This document shows positions 1 to 14,500 of a stretch of DNA of 64,000 nt, piece by piece. Below the pieces are notes generated by a model. The model ran no database searches and was not told where the DNA came from. It saw nothing but the letters and a program-made list of their open reading frames with translations. Numbering within the stretch: the first letter of the stretch is position 1; every line of letters begins with the position of its first letter. The position numbers and the translations under genes are program-made. Source of the stretch: Antedon mediterranea (lineage: Eukaryota > Animalia > Echinodermata). Location: assembly GCF_964355755.1 (NCBI RefSeq), contig NC_092679.1, forward strand, positions 5,052,201 through 5,116,200, in the 5' to 3' direction.

Positions 1-791
1 CTAAGGTGGCATTTTAGTTTATGCAGATTATACGATGTTAACAAGCATACTGTATATCGTTTTTATAATTGTAACACGATTTGTTACGTTAAAATGAATA
101 AATTAGTGAACTTGTAGGTTATAAATATTGAGTGTTATCATTTAATTTTATTGTTGTTCTCTGTTCCAATCTTTACTTTGTTTTTCAAATAATCGCAAAA
201 TGTAATTGTTGCCGTTTTCCCCAAGGCTATATTTCGTTTACCTCTTTCGCAACTCTACAGCTCGGTTGGTCGGTTGGTAAACACAAACTCAAATTTGAGC
301 ACGCAGCTGCAGTCATGTATATGGCCTTGTTTAGGTTAAAATAAAATGAATAAAAAACTGAAAATTAAAAAAAAAAACAATTTATATTATATACATACAA
401 ACAAATTCGAAATAGTTTTAATTTTAAACTTTTCACTCAAGGCAAGATTTCCTTGTGCTTTAGGATAAAATAAAACGACTATAAAACTAAAAAGAAAAAA
501 AATATTGCTTGCTCTCATGCCAAAACACTAGAATCCCGGAGAGTCAACAAAAATATTACATATAAAAATATTTCCTAATAAACAAATTAAAATGAGATGA
601 TCTAGCAATTAAGATCATCCCGATTGATGAAATATTTAAGTAGTACTAATATTATCGTGACGGAATAAGTGAATTGTCGAGCTTAAAAACAAAACCAAAG
701 CAGAAAAAAGTCACCGGCTATGCCATGTCTCGTCAAAATGTATGAAGAATTCAAAAGCATTTTAAAAACGCCCTTTGTACTTTAGTTGGTT

Positions 792-893
792 CTCGAGGAC
801 TTGCACGCAGAACTCGAGGACTTGCACGCACGCAATACGAGGACTTGCACGTACGCAATGCGAGGACTTGCACGTACGCAATGCGAGGACTTA
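792..893. repeat. Short tandem repeat, about five 21-23 bp units (CGAGGACTTGCACGTACGCAATG)
   Basis: Read directly. Confidence 0.8.
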
Positions 894-1860
894 CGCGCAG
901 CGCAAATAATTTGACCAATCACACGCAACAGTTCGGATAACCACTCGATCTTCAATAGTCAACTTACTTAATAAGTCATTGCGTTGTATCCCAGTGCGAA
1001 TAGGTTGAATTGAACATGTTTTCTTATAATTCTAATGCAAGCCTAGGACCTGCTTTGAATAGCTAATCAGCAACACGTTTTGCACTCGACGTGCCCTCCC
1101 TCAAACGATACGTGTTTCGTAAACATAGCTCTTACATGTTGCCAGTAAAAAGACAAGTGTGTCCAATAGTTCATAACTAATTTATTCGTCTTTTAATAAA
1201 ATCTTTAAAAAAAAGTGAACAAAAAAACCATTTCTTTTTCGAACTACTTTATTTTTCAACCAGTTCCTCATATCCATTTCTTTCCCATAACATATAATTC
1301 ACTGTCCCTTTAAACATATATATATCTTTCAATAATCAGCAACTCTAACCAAATCTATCTTTGATATATTATTATATTTGATATGACTTAAAGATGTATT
1401 GTTCCCCTGAAAAAATTTTGTTGTTGAATATTACATTGTAATGTAACATAAAAGTTATCCACTTTGACCAAAAATTGAATAGAAAAAATTAATGTATTTA
1501 CCTGAAAAAATGTAATTTAAAGCAAAAAATGGTCAAATTGAATATTATCATTTATTTTGTCATTTTATAAGTGAAAACATGATTTTTTTTCGTTTTTTTC
1601 TATTGATGTGATTAACTTTATTAAAACTACAAAATAACATATTCAAAATCTGATTTAATTAATCTTCATTTTTCATGTTTGTTGAGGGACAATACATCTT
1701 TGACATTTTTGTAGCAAACGGTCCCATAATTCACCGTTACTTGTTGTTTACACACTTGTGGTGCATTATATACAATTTGTGAACGTATAAACTTACCATA
1801 CGATAAACAACCAAACTGTGTAATCAGATTTAACATTAGTTTGATATAGATGAATGCTTA

Positions 1861-2072
1861 AGCTTGGTTCCCACTAGCGACGCAACGTAACGCACTATAC
1901 GCAACGTAAGAAAATGCCCTTCCAATCATTGTGTTTGCCCCCACCTGCGTGAAATCAAACCTGCGATTTTTACAGCACTATTGCGTCGTCGGTTCCCACT
2001 TGCGCTTACGCCATGCATCACTTTGCGTCGATACGTCGCTGCGTTACGTTGCGTTCTAGTGGGAACCACGCT
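1861..2072. mobile_element. MITE family A (subtype A2)
   Basis: TIR AGCTTGGTTCCCACTAG / CTAGTGGGAACCACGCT; flanks TTA/TAA. Confidence 0.85.
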
Positions 2073-2287
2073 TAAGCAACACTGTAATATTTATATATAC
2101 AACTAATATACTTGTATTTACATTGTGAAGTGTTCTATAATTAAGCTATGTCCGAGTGTGCCTATATTTGTAAATGGGGTTCGTGAAATGCCCTTTTCAA
2201 ACTAGAGATCAGCAACGAAAGTATAGTAAGTAGGCCTGGCTAGCTTAATGTACTGTCTAACTTGTGAAATACTGTGAAGTCAACTTA

Positions 2288-2445
2288 GGCGTGGTTCCCA
2301 CTAGAACCTAACGCAAGGATGTAAACGCAACGCAAGCGTGTTGACCAATAACAAGCGACAGTTCGAATAATCCATCGCTCGTGATTGGTCAAATCACTTA
2401 CGTTGCGTTACGTCCTTGTGTTGCGTCTCTAGTGGGAACCAAGCA
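2288..2445. mobile_element. MITE family A (subtype A1)
   Basis: Same TIR; flanks TTA/TAA. Confidence 0.8.
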
Positions 2446-2492
2446 TAAGTGTGACTTAGCATGTTGATTAACCAAACTTAACTCAGTGCTAA

Positions 2493-2875
2493 AGCTTGTT
2501 TCTACTACAGTGTCGACGCAACCTACGCAACGTAAGAAAATGCCCTTCTAATAATTGTGTTTGCCCCCGCCTGCGTGAAAACAAACCTGCGATGTTTGCA
2601 GCATTATTGCGTCGTCGGTCCCCACTTGTTATAAAGCGTGGTTCCCACTAGCGACCCAACGCAAGGACGTAACGCAACGCAAGTGAAATAACCAATCACG
2701 AGCGATGGCTTATTCACTTGTGATTGCTAACTCTCTATAACTTCACTTGTCATTGGTTAAAACGCTTGCGTTGCGTTTACGTCCTTGCGTTACGTTCTAG
2801 TGGGAACCAAGCTTTACGCAACACAACACTTTGCGTCGATACGTCGCTGCATTGCGTCCTAGTGGGAACAACGCT
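2493..2875. mobile_element. MITE A2 with a nested MITE A1 (2635..2813)
   Basis: The A2 internal sequence resumes exactly after the A1 copy. Confidence 0.8.
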
Positions 2876-3328
2876 TTACTCGCCATGCCGCCGGAAACAC
2901 GCGGACAGTTAGTTTTGCGTTTAGCAATTTAAATTATTATTTAATCCATATAAGTCAATAAATGTGTAATGTTAATGATAGAATCAACAGCTATTTAGCT
3001 GATTGATTAGAGCGCTGATTATTTTAGCACACACTTAATTTTCAAAGCGCGAGGGCATTGTGGGTTTATTTAAACCATTATTTTTTTGTGACAAAAAGTG
3101 ATACATTATAAAGAATTGGATTAAACTTATAATTCATAATACTGTTTTTAATGGAAGGGCATTAGTCGGTGACGTATGATGTAATGGCCCTAATAATCCC
3201 ATCAGTGGGTTCAAATACATATGGCAGTTAGCAGCAACAACGGTTGTTTTTCCACGCTACCTAGGCCTAATATACCAATCTATATTTTCATGACATAACT
3301 ATAAGTGGGCCAGAATAATTACCATGTT

Positions 3329-4094
3329 AAGTTTGGTTCTACCATCGGACGTAACACAACAACGACGCGTACGCGTAGTGAGTTGACCAATCAGAAGCGA
3401 CTGTTCGTATGGTCTATCGCGTCATAAAGTGAGTTGACCAATCAGAAGCGACTGTTCGGATGGTCTAACGCGTCATAAATACTATACACTCACTCCCGTT
3501 GTACTTGTGTTGCGTCCACGTAGATACCAAGCCTTATTCTGTAAAGACCCCTTGTTTAGCACCTCTAAAGCTTGGTTCCCACTAGGAAGCAACACAAGAT
3601 CGTAGACGCAACGCAAGATCGTAGACGCAACGTAAGTGAGTTGACCAATCACAAGCGATGGATTTTCGAACTGCCGCTTTTCATTGGTCAACATGCTTGC
3701 GTTGCGTTTACGTCCTTACGTTGCGTTCTACTAAAGCTTGGTTCCCACTAGAACGTAACGCAAGGACGTAAACGCAACGCAAACGTTTTAACCAATGACA
3801 AGCGAAGTTATAGACAGTTAGCAATCACAAGCGAATAAGCCATCGCTTGTGATTGGTCAATTCACTTGCGTTGCGTTACGTCCTTGTGTTGCGTCGCTAG
3901 TGGGAACCACGCTTAAGCTTGGTTCCCACTAGAACGTAACGCAAGGACGTAAACGCAACGCAAACGTTTTAACCAATGACAAGCGAAGTTATAGACAGTT
4001 ATCAATCACAAGCGAATAAGCCATCGCTTGTGATTGGTCAATTCACTTGCGTTGCGTTACTTCCTTGCGTTGCGTCGCTAGTGGGAACCACGCT
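3329..4094. mobile_element. Cluster of four family A MITEs (3329-3533 and 3569-3733 degenerate; 3735-3913 and 3916-4094 a near-identical head-to-tail dimer)
   Basis: Repeated TIRs and internal sequence. Confidence 0.85.
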
Positions 4095-4416
4095 TTAAGG
4101 GGGGCTCTCCAACGCTAGGTAATTGCATTAGGCTGCTCTGGGGCCATGTATTTAGCTCATAGTCGTTACGCTACTGATCATATATTTCCGAAAAGCATGT
4201 ATCAATTACTGTACTGATGTTAAGAATATGTAATTGCTTCACAATATCGATTCTGTACCGTCCTTAGTTTGAAATATTAATGTACAACCCAAGATATGAT
4301 TGAATGTAATGATTTACAAAACACTGACGTTTTCTATGAAAACATACTAAATATAATACTAAAGTACAATAAATAAAAGAAATGTCATTTTTTGATATAG
4401 ATAACTATCAATCTAA

Positions 4417-4595
4417 AGCTTGGTTCCCACTAGAACGTAACGCAAGGACGTAAACGCAACGCAAGCGTTTTAACCAATGACAAGCGAAGTTATAGACAGT
4501 TAGCAATCACAAGCGAATTAGCCATCGCTTGTGATTGGTCAATTCACTTGCGTTGCGTTACGTCCTTGTGTTGCGTCGCTAGTGGGAACCACGCT
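4417..4595. mobile_element. MITE family A1
   Basis: 179 bp, full TIRs, flanks TAA/TTA. Confidence 0.88.
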
Positions 4596-5411
4596 TTAGC
4601 TTCATTTTAAACTTTTTCTGAGATCATATAGTCAATTTAATATCGACACTTTTCTTTTGATGATAATAAAGAGATTTTTCGGCCTTTTTAATTTTCATAG
4701 ATATCCTCATCTTCGCCATTTTTAAAAGGGCTAAATGTTCAGTAAAGTTTGGGGAAACTGTAATTGTATTTATATGAGTTTCCCGTCAGTTCCCTCCGTC
4801 CCTGAGCAATGCATATTTTTAAAAATTTAAGCAGTTTGAGATCAATTTGCGTTCATTGATATAATATTCTGGGCGGATAATTTAATGCTTTGTCTCTTTG
4901 GTTTTTGGACAAATGTTCGCCACTCTATTACCGTAACTAATCGCGGTTTCTTAGGAGCCGTTGAGTTGGACGAATTATAAGTAATTAAAATAAGCAGAAT
5001 CTACATACTGTACTTAATTACCTTATTTAAAATCACAGTTCGTCTAAAATGATATTACGACGTAAATGTAAAAACCCTGGAAATGTATTAAATATTTACA
5101 AAGCTCTTTCAGCTATCTATATAAATAATATCGATTAATAATCGATAATTATTTACAATGTCATACACTGATGGAATAATGACGTCACGAAGTGGCCAGC
5201 GATGTAGTTTGAATGCTTCGTCACTGTCGTATGAATATATTCACACACGTTAAGACTTGCCTTGAGTCACTGTGATCCAGTAGAAACAGTCGGTCTAGCT
5301 GGGTTTCACTCGAAACGCTTGGCTAGACCAGACTAGGCTAGGCTAATTATTCACCAGTTTCCACCTGAAAGTTGACAGCAAAACAGATCGAATTTTATTC
5401 TGAGTAGTTTC

Positions 5412-5552
5412 TTAATCGTTTTGTTCTTCAAGTCCAATTTTCATTGTCCCAGAGATTATTTGAAAGAGTTTTCTCCAGGCTTGTTCATGATCATTGGTAC
5501 ACGCGTCTTGTAAGGCTTGTCCCAGTGCGTATACTAAAGCGTTCTCGACTGC
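5412..5552 (-). CDS. Globin exon 3 (G-H helices, stop)
   Basis: Pyrimidine tract plus GACAG| acceptor, phase 0; 46 codons then TAA. Confidence 0.9.
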   Translation of the reverse strand, partial: AVENALVYALGQALQDACTNDHEQAWRKLFQIISGTMKIGLEEQND

Positions 5553-8500
5553 CTGTCAAAAGAGAGAAAAAAAAGTGTATATATATATATAATATAAAAA
5601 AAACTCCCTATTCAGGGACACTTTCCAGTGGAACAAACAAATTGTACTATATGTTTTAACACTATACGATCAGCCCCGGTTAAAGTATATGTCAGTAAAA
5701 CTCCTTAATCTGGGAAGACTTTAGTAGTATTATTTATATTATTAATACAGACCATTATACAAAGACAGTACAGTAGCAGTTCCTAGGAAGATCCAAAGAC
5801 AGCATAAAAAGCCATACCACTATCATCAACAATTATGTGAACACCAACCCGGTAATTACTAACACAAACTGTATAACATTTAAATAATACAACACATAGA
5901 TTATTACAAAATGTGCCTAATTAAAACTATATTATTTTATTTATTAATTTATTATTATTTATAATTAATTTATAAGGTCTATGTAATACAGTAAATACGT
6001 GAAGCTACATTTTAATTAATTTAATTTTGTGTATCATTAAAGTAAAGTCCTCATTTTTAAATTTCCTTTCTGTAAGAAATGATTTTAGTTAAATTTCGAA
6101 ATGTTCCTACTCTTTAGAAAGAAAAGAATTGCAATATATGTTTTAACATTAAAACGACCAGTCCCTATTCTGGAGACATCTCTATGTTAAAGAGACACTT
6201 TGTAGGACCCCAAATGTGCCTCCTAAAAAGGACTTCTATTGTGCGTTGAACACTAGACAAGTATTTAGTATTAAAGACGGTAACATATTTAACCTTTTTA
6301 TAATCGCCAAGACCTTCAGACGTGACACTGTGATATAGTGTGACGTGTCATAAATAATAATGTATACGAAAAGAAAAAAATAATTATATAGTTTAATCTG
6401 GTTTTAACTTTCGGTGAGTGGTCTCTTTAACTTGTGTTGTGGTCACAAGCGCTACATTCCTTGTCATTCGGAAAATGTTCAATATTGTTGCAAGATTAGG
6501 AATGAATCCTTCAATAATATCTGATTTTAGTTGGTTTGTAATGAGGTAGTTAGTTTAAATGCACAAGCCGTAACCAGCCTGCGGCTTACATCCCAAGTAG
6601 CACTATCAGTATATTTAACCGTAGGCAGTTACTTTATCAACATTAACTCATATCAATAATGTGTACGGATTGTATACAGAAACGAAACGACTAAATTACT
6701 CCTAATTGATATTTACATGTACTTTTATACCTTGATCTGCATCTGTTCTTAATTGTGTATACGATCTACGATGGGTTTGTATGTTAATATTTATGTCTCT
6801 TCGTTAATGTACCTTACAATATAGCAACCTTTAGGCCCAACTGCTTACTGAACTATATTGCTAATGCACTGCATACAGATCGCATTTAGTGGCCTTTTTA
6901 GTACAGGTTGTACAGTCTAGAATCTGAATTACCGTCTATTCTCTATCGAGTATTCTATCGGGTTTCCACTTGGGCGCGCGCAACTCAAGTAAGTTGACCA
7001 ATCACAATTGACAGTTGAGGATGATCCGTATGTGTGATTGGTCAAATTACTTGCGTTGCGCTTACGTCCTTGCGTTGCGCCCTAGTGGAAACCAATCTTT
7101 AAGAATGCAATACTATCGATCAGTTTTGTCTTCTCTTATTTATCTTCGTTTCTATTGTTTCATTCGATTATTGATAAAATATTTATACAATACCACCTGT
7201 AGATAATAATAATAATAATAATAATATTTTTATAGCGCACATACCACTCCAGAGTGCTCAAGGCGCATTTAAAAATAAAAAAGAAATAAATCATACAAAT
7301 TCCTGACAAATAAAATGCAATTTCTTTGGAGGGTCCCCATCCGTTATCGTTCTGTCGCGGTCCCGAACCCCTACCTAGGTGACCAAACAAAGGAGCAGGA
7401 TACACATTTGCCTTGCCACAGACGACCAGGTAGATGTAGGCAATGTATGCAGGAAACCAACACGAATATTTTTAAGACACCAATAAATGACAATATTTGT
7501 CCAGCTTTAGTTGTTAAAGATGTATTTCCCCCTGAAAAATAATTCTTAAAAATGTTGTTGGTGAATAAGATATTTTAATGTCGCATAAATAATGCGCATA
7601 AAAAAAAGGAATTTAACTGAAAAATAGTCAAATTGGCTGCCAGCCATGAATGTGTTTTTGGTTGAATTTAAAAAAAAAATTGCCATTTTATAAGTTAAAA
7701 CGTTTTGGTCATGTTTTTCTTTCTACGAAAGTATTAACTTTATTAAAACTACAAAGTAACCTATTCAAAGTTTGGTTTAATTAATCTTCATTTTTCATTT
7801 TTTGGGAGGACAATACATCTTTAAGGATTAGGTGTCTATGATCATGGAATAGTTTTTTTTTTCAATTATTACAATTTTACAAAAACACCTAACAGTTGCC
7901 TACACCTAAAAGAAGCGAGTGGTTGTCAGTTTGGTGACTATCATTTAAATGAATCTACATGACATACATACAACATACAACAAGTACCGTAACAATTATG
8001 TACAAAAAAGTAAAAAACATTGGTCGCCCACGACCGGTCAGCACCTCCGTTTTTTCTTGTTTTTTTTTTCTACAGGACAAAAGTCTATTATACAGTACCG
8101 AGACTTGGCTAATCGCCAGATCTCCCACGAAAAAAAAACTCACCGTAAAGAAAGCTGGTTTAACTCCATACTTTTGATGTTTTTTGCCTAGTTGTTTTAA
8201 TGTAGGGAAAATGATACTGAGGTTGTCGATGTTGTTTACTGCAGTGTTGATGGTGTTCATTACTCCACGCACATGTCTTTTAAAGAGTGGGTGACGTTTC
8301 AACTCGGCGTCAGTCCTCTCTCTCTTCCCAAAGGGAAATAAAAGTATCAACTCTGGATTTTGATCAAATAACCTGAAAATATATATTTAAAAACAAATAG
8401 ATGCACTAATTATATTAAATAGCATATTATAAAACTTTCTTGAAATAACGAGAGGAAAGATCGAAACGACTTTATTGTTTGGAGTAAGTTTTATACTATG

Positions 8501-11500
8501 TTGTATATTGTTATATATATTTCCCCACATTGTGTAAAATGGCAAAATCAGCACTGTGGTCATGTTATAAGAGTTATCTGATAAAACTTCTGGAAACTAG
8601 GAAACCTTTTGCCATTTTCTAGAATAGGAAATCTGTAAATTATAGTATAGGGAATTTTAAGGCCGTCGAACATTTTTTAAACCAAGGTAATACGAAGATA
8701 ACTTGTAATTATGCCGTTTTCCATATCTATAGGTAAATGTATAGAATGTGCATTTCTCTTGAGAACTGGAGCTTTTGGAGTTCTCAAGAGTCTTGCAAAT
8801 ACCTTTGGAGAAAATACACGTCTTCTTCTACATTTTGTTTGTGGTAAATACAGGCGTATAGCCTATAATAATATTGTATAACTCTTTTCAATTTGACAGT
8901 GATTCATTTCGCTTTTTGGTTAACCAGTCTTTTGGATTTTGAACTCTTTTGTTTTTTGTTTTGTTATGTGTTTGTTCTTTTCTGACGAAAAAAAAAATGA
9001 AATGGTAATGTTGATTCGTTTCTAATTCCCTTTTTGAAGAAAGTACTATACTACTACTACTACTTTTGGTAAACATACAGGCATACGTAGTCGTAAGATT
9101 TCTAAGTTTTTTGGAGAAGTACTATACTACTACTTTTGGTAAACATACATGCATAATGTATAGTCGTACATTTCAAGAATTAAAGAAATGAATTTGTGTT
9201 AAAAAACATCGCATAGAATGATTATTTGGGCTAAATAATGGGCTGTTCTGATTGGTCGATACCACCTCTTAAGAAATTGATTTGATTATTAGGAAAATCA
9301 TCATAAATAATACATACAAAGTGATAACATAAATTACTGACATTACAAATAAATATATTTATAAAAGATTTTTTTAGAAAGCCCAAAAAGCTTATTCGCT
9401 TATTTCCATTGGGATACTTTTATAATCTAAAATAGAAAATATTAAGGTTACAGAGTATTGAATAAAACATATAAATATAACAAGAAAAATAATATATATA
9501 AAACAAGTTAATTAAAAAGACTATGATTGCCTTTTATAGTTATTTGGTTGAACAAAAATGTGATTTAACATTTTTCTTAAAATTACTTATTAATTGATAA
9601 AGATAATGAAAAGATAAACAAAAGTGAATGTATTGTTAGCGACGAAAAAAGTAACTGACAAAATTCATGACATATATACACTATGTCAGTCAGAATGAAC
9701 AGATATTTAGCATTAATTGTACAAAAGTCCTTCTGTATACACTATAATGTAGTGAATGAATGAAATGTACTCAAAGTTAATATCGGTAATGCATGTGCTA
9801 AAACACATGTCTATCGCCATTAATCACTGCAGAGAACTCTCACTGCGATAGTAAAATGATGTCCTAAAATGATTTAGAGAGACGTTAAAATACTACGATA
9901 ACATTAAAGTGACCATCCAATTTTAAAGTTCAATTATTATAGAAATTCTGGATAACAATTTTAAACCAATCTTTATTTTTATTTTCCCACACGATTATTG
10001 GCAATGTGACCTTCAACCCAACACCCCCTCCCATCCCCCTTCCATCCCATCCCCCTTCCATCCCATCCCCCTTCCATCCCATCCCCCTTCCATCCCATCC
10101 CCCTTCCATCCTTCCCCCTTCCATCCCCCTTCCATCCCCCTTCCATCCCCTTTCATCCCCCTTTCATCCCCCTTTCATCCCCCTTTCATCCCCCTTCCAT
10201 CCCCCTTTCATCCCCCTTTTCCTCTATAATCTAAGACTAATTTCGCACTAAGATTTTCGCAAGCGGTCGGTTACGGTTTGACCGTGCGAATCAAGCGCAT
10301 GTTTTTGCACATGTCGTTTACACGTAAAATGATGTAAGGTTTCTCTAAAGCTACCGTACAAAACCGGTGATGTAATGGCAGTGAATATGTCATTAACATG
10401 TGTTGAGAAGATTTATGATAGGAAAAAATGATTATAGACACAATAGAACCACCGTTATTGTTTATACGATTGTGGCCTAATAATAAATGTGGAAACTAGA
10501 TTTGATTCAAACAAAAATCCAAAAACATTGATAGTAAATTATTAGAGCCTCAATCACAGTACACCAAATGTAAGACCCTCAATCACAGTACACCAAATGT
10601 AAGACCCTCAATCACAGTACACCAAATGTAAGACCCTCAATCACAGTACACCAAATGTAAGACCCTCAATCACAGTACACCAAATGTAAGACCCTCAATC
10701 ACAGTACACCAAATGTAAGACCCTCAATCACAGTACACCAAATGTAAGACCCTCAATCACAGTACACCAAATGTAAGACCCTCAATCACAGTACACCAAA
10801 TGTAAGACCCTCAATCACAGTACACCAAATGTAAGACCCTCAATCACAGTACACCAAATGTAAGACCCTCAATCACAGTACACCAAATGTAAGACCCTCA
10901 ATCACAGTACACCAAATGTAAGACCCTCAATCACAGTACACCAAATGTAAGACCCTCAATCACAGTACACCAAATGTAAGACCCTCAATCACAGTACACC
11001 AAATGTAAGACCCTCAATCACAGTACACCAAATGTAAGACCCTCAATCACAGTACACCAAATGTAAGACCCTCAATCACAGTACACCAAATGTAAGACCC
11101 TCAATCACAGTACACCAAATGTAAGACCCTCAATCACAGTACACCAAATGTAAGACCCTCAATCACAGTACACCAAATGTAAGACGGTGATCGGTCTATG
11201 TTTGAACAGGAGGGCCCACACGATCATAGTACCCAATTTAAAACGTGGTCCTTATTTTAAAAATAAAACTATTTGTCGAAATGAAATATATGAAAGCATA
11301 TAGTATTAAATGAATTCGACGTCGTGTAGTATATTTTAATGACAGAATTTGATAATGTTTATTAAACATTTTGTTGCGGTTGCTTTAAAGTAATTTTGTA
11401 AGAAGTAAATGAATCATGAAATATGACATTTCGAAATTTGTTGATAAAAATGGTATAATTAGCAGGGCATTCACATCTAGCAAGAAGTTAGTTTAATACA

Positions 11501-14500
11501 TGTCATAATTCTGTAGATTGTATTGGAATGCTAGTTATTCTGTATTAGGTATTCTGATACTATTCAATTTCCGGTCAGATTGCTTGGTTTATCTTTAGCC
11601 TGGTCAGTCTTATCAAACAATAAAAGCTCTATGTAAATCACTTTATCGTTATTACATGTCTTTTAAAGTCAGTTATCATATACCTGAATAGGATAGTGTA
11701 CTAATGACCGAAGTAGACACGGGTTATCTGTGGTCAAAAACGGTTGTGGTCAATAGTAGTAGGACCGTAGAATCCAAGCCTTGAGACATCTGTGCTATCG
11801 AGATGTCACCTGTGTTAATATTAGTATATTGTGTGATAAACGGGTTTTCTAAATAATAAATGTTTACTGACAAAATCGTTGCATGGATAAGGGCATTTAC
11901 TTTCAGAATAGCACACACAAGTTTGTACTACGTACGAGCTAAAAACTAAGCATACTAATTCTGTAAGGCTACATGTAAATTGATAAACTAGCTTTATAAA
12001 ACAAGGACTCTGCTGTTTTGATGGAAGGTTGATATAGTTAGTGGTCACTGACCAGGTCACGACCAAGTAATTGGTATTGTGCAGGTTTCGAATCAAACTA
12101 ACAACATATTACAATAACAATATTAAAAACGTGGTGGGCCTCAAAATGTTTCTATATTTGTGTCTATTCGTACACAATTTAGTACAGGCTGAAAACAGTT
12201 TAATGACAAGCGTCAACATAATCGCGCCGGCACGTTGCGATTGATTGTATCGTAAACTAGACGCCACCCACCGCGGATATTGTTATTAAATTCCAATAAT
12301 ACTTGTAACCATGATCAACAACCAATTGAAGTAGCCGAAATTGTCAACAAGACACCAACTAAACAACTATTTGTTTGTGAGGTTAAACAATTTGTTTAGT
12401 GTTGTACATAGACTAGAATGTTAGGTTTGATTTAGCTGAGTTGGGTGAGTGAACGTTATACGGTGGTGCAAAACATCCATGTACTTATAGTAAAGAGAAT
12501 TATATCTCACTTCTTCTACACAGTAAAGGAACACGATAACATAATCAAGCATCATTTATTTCATATACAGCAGAATGCGGATTTACCAAATACGATTTGT
12601 TTGAAACAGTGACCGTTATTTAGGTGGTCCTTCTGAGAGAGTGTAAAACATCCATTTACTTATAGTAAAGGGAATTATATCTCACTTCCTCTAAAGCTTG
12701 GTTCCCACTAGAACGTAACGCAAGGACGCAAACGCAACGCAAGCGTTTTAACCAATGACAAGCGAAGTTATAGACAGTTAGCAATCACAAGCGAATAAGC
12801 CATCGCTTGTGATTGGTCAATTCATTTGCGTTGCGTTACGTCCTTGCGTTGTGTCTCTAGTGGGAACCACGCTTAAAAGAACACGATAATATTAAATCAA
12901 ACATCATTTATTTCATATACAGCAGAATGCGGAATTACCAAATACGCAAGTTGCATTTTGTGAGAAACACATTTGGACTTGATTCGAGTTGAGAGAACTT
13001 CGTAATGCGACAAACATTTAGTAACTTAATTTCTTGCTAGTATAGATAGGTGACGTGATGTAATCCAGTACGGTTCTAGATAATCCAAGTTCATCAAAAT
13101 ATTGACACGAGAACCTGTTAAGAAACTTGTCTATTTAGTCAATCCTAATCATTGTGACTTACTGAAGACACAAGTAATTATTACTGATACATTCCAAACG
13201 ACTGTTTCTGATCTTTACTTGTAACGAATTCGATAATGTAGAGATTAGTGTTGCTACGAATCCAATTAAGAGGGTATACTTCGGGTTACAATACTTATTA
13301 AGTATTAATCTAAATCATGTATGCTTCTTAGATGTTGACCGATTTAATGACAAAGAAACCGAATCGGAATATAGCGAGTGGCAATAATGATGATTATAAT
13401 TTCTAACTTTATTTGCTGAAAGTTCTATTATTCTCAATTTATAGCCTAGCTTTTACATTTGTTTAGAAAACCTTTAAATATTAATTTTGTTGAAATAGAT
13501 ACCAACCGTCACAAACAGTGAATTTGTCCGGTTATTTACGAACTTTTGATTGTTTCGTTTTTTGTCTATAAATTCCAGCTAAAGTATTATGCGTATGAAA
13601 CGCCATGTGTGCAAAGATATTTATCTTTTTACCAATATTAAGTCGAAATGCCGCCTAGAACCTAGAATATTAAAACCCGTACGAGGCCCATGTACCATGG
13701 TAATAATTCAGGCTAACTTATGTAATAAGAATATATTTTACGGGATTAATTTTGATTAGTCAATTATGCTTTAGTTTTATAGATTGTTTAATCAGCCTGT
13801 GGCATCGTGCAATCAGTATTGATTAATTATCTATCGACATATATACTCTAAATAATTTAAAATGGGATGATAATCCGGGATTGTGAAACGAGGAAGCTCT
13901 AAATAGTAGGTTTGGAGGTCGCTCCTTTAAGTTTTGGTTCCCACTTGGGACACAACGCGAGGACGTAAGCGCACCGTTTGTGGTTGGTCAATTCACTTGC
14001 TTTTTTATGCCTACATAACATATTATGTATGGTAAAATGAGGAGACCCTATTTCAAAATTTAAATTTTGAAATATTTGTTTGTGGATGATATGTATAGGT
14101 GTACCATACCAGAGTTTCATGTAATTTTAATGACGATACCCTCCCTAAAGGTTGGTTCCCACTATAACGCAACGCCAGGACGTAACGCAACGCAAAGTGA
14201 CTAATCTCAAGCGATGGATTATTCGAACAGTCGCGTGTGATTGATCGAATCGCTTTCGTTGCGTCTACGTCCATGCGTTGCGTCCTAGTGAGAACCAAGC
14301 TTAAACTAGTATTATGTTCATGTTCTTACATATTGCACCTTCTGTTTCACGTCCCATTCACTGAAGTAGGCTATTCTTGCTTATTGACAGATAGAATTCC
14401 ACTGAAAAGTGATATTGTAACTGCGTATAAATTCTTGTATTCGACAGAGAATTATTTTCGATTTAAGTTATAAACCAACATGCATCTCGTATTCCTAATA

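Noticed and set aside
9930-10251. Pro-rich and Gly-rich ORFs
   Set aside because: Products of the C-rich simple repeat.
10548-11185. CRISPR array (29-bp repeats)
   Set aside because: Repeats are directly abutting with no unique spacers, there are no cas genes, and the context is a eukaryotic intron.
12510-12530. TA-CACAG-TA as an excision footprint at the empty paralog of the 12695 MITE
   Set aside because: The two duplicate units differ by other indels, so the extra bases cannot be attributed to excision.
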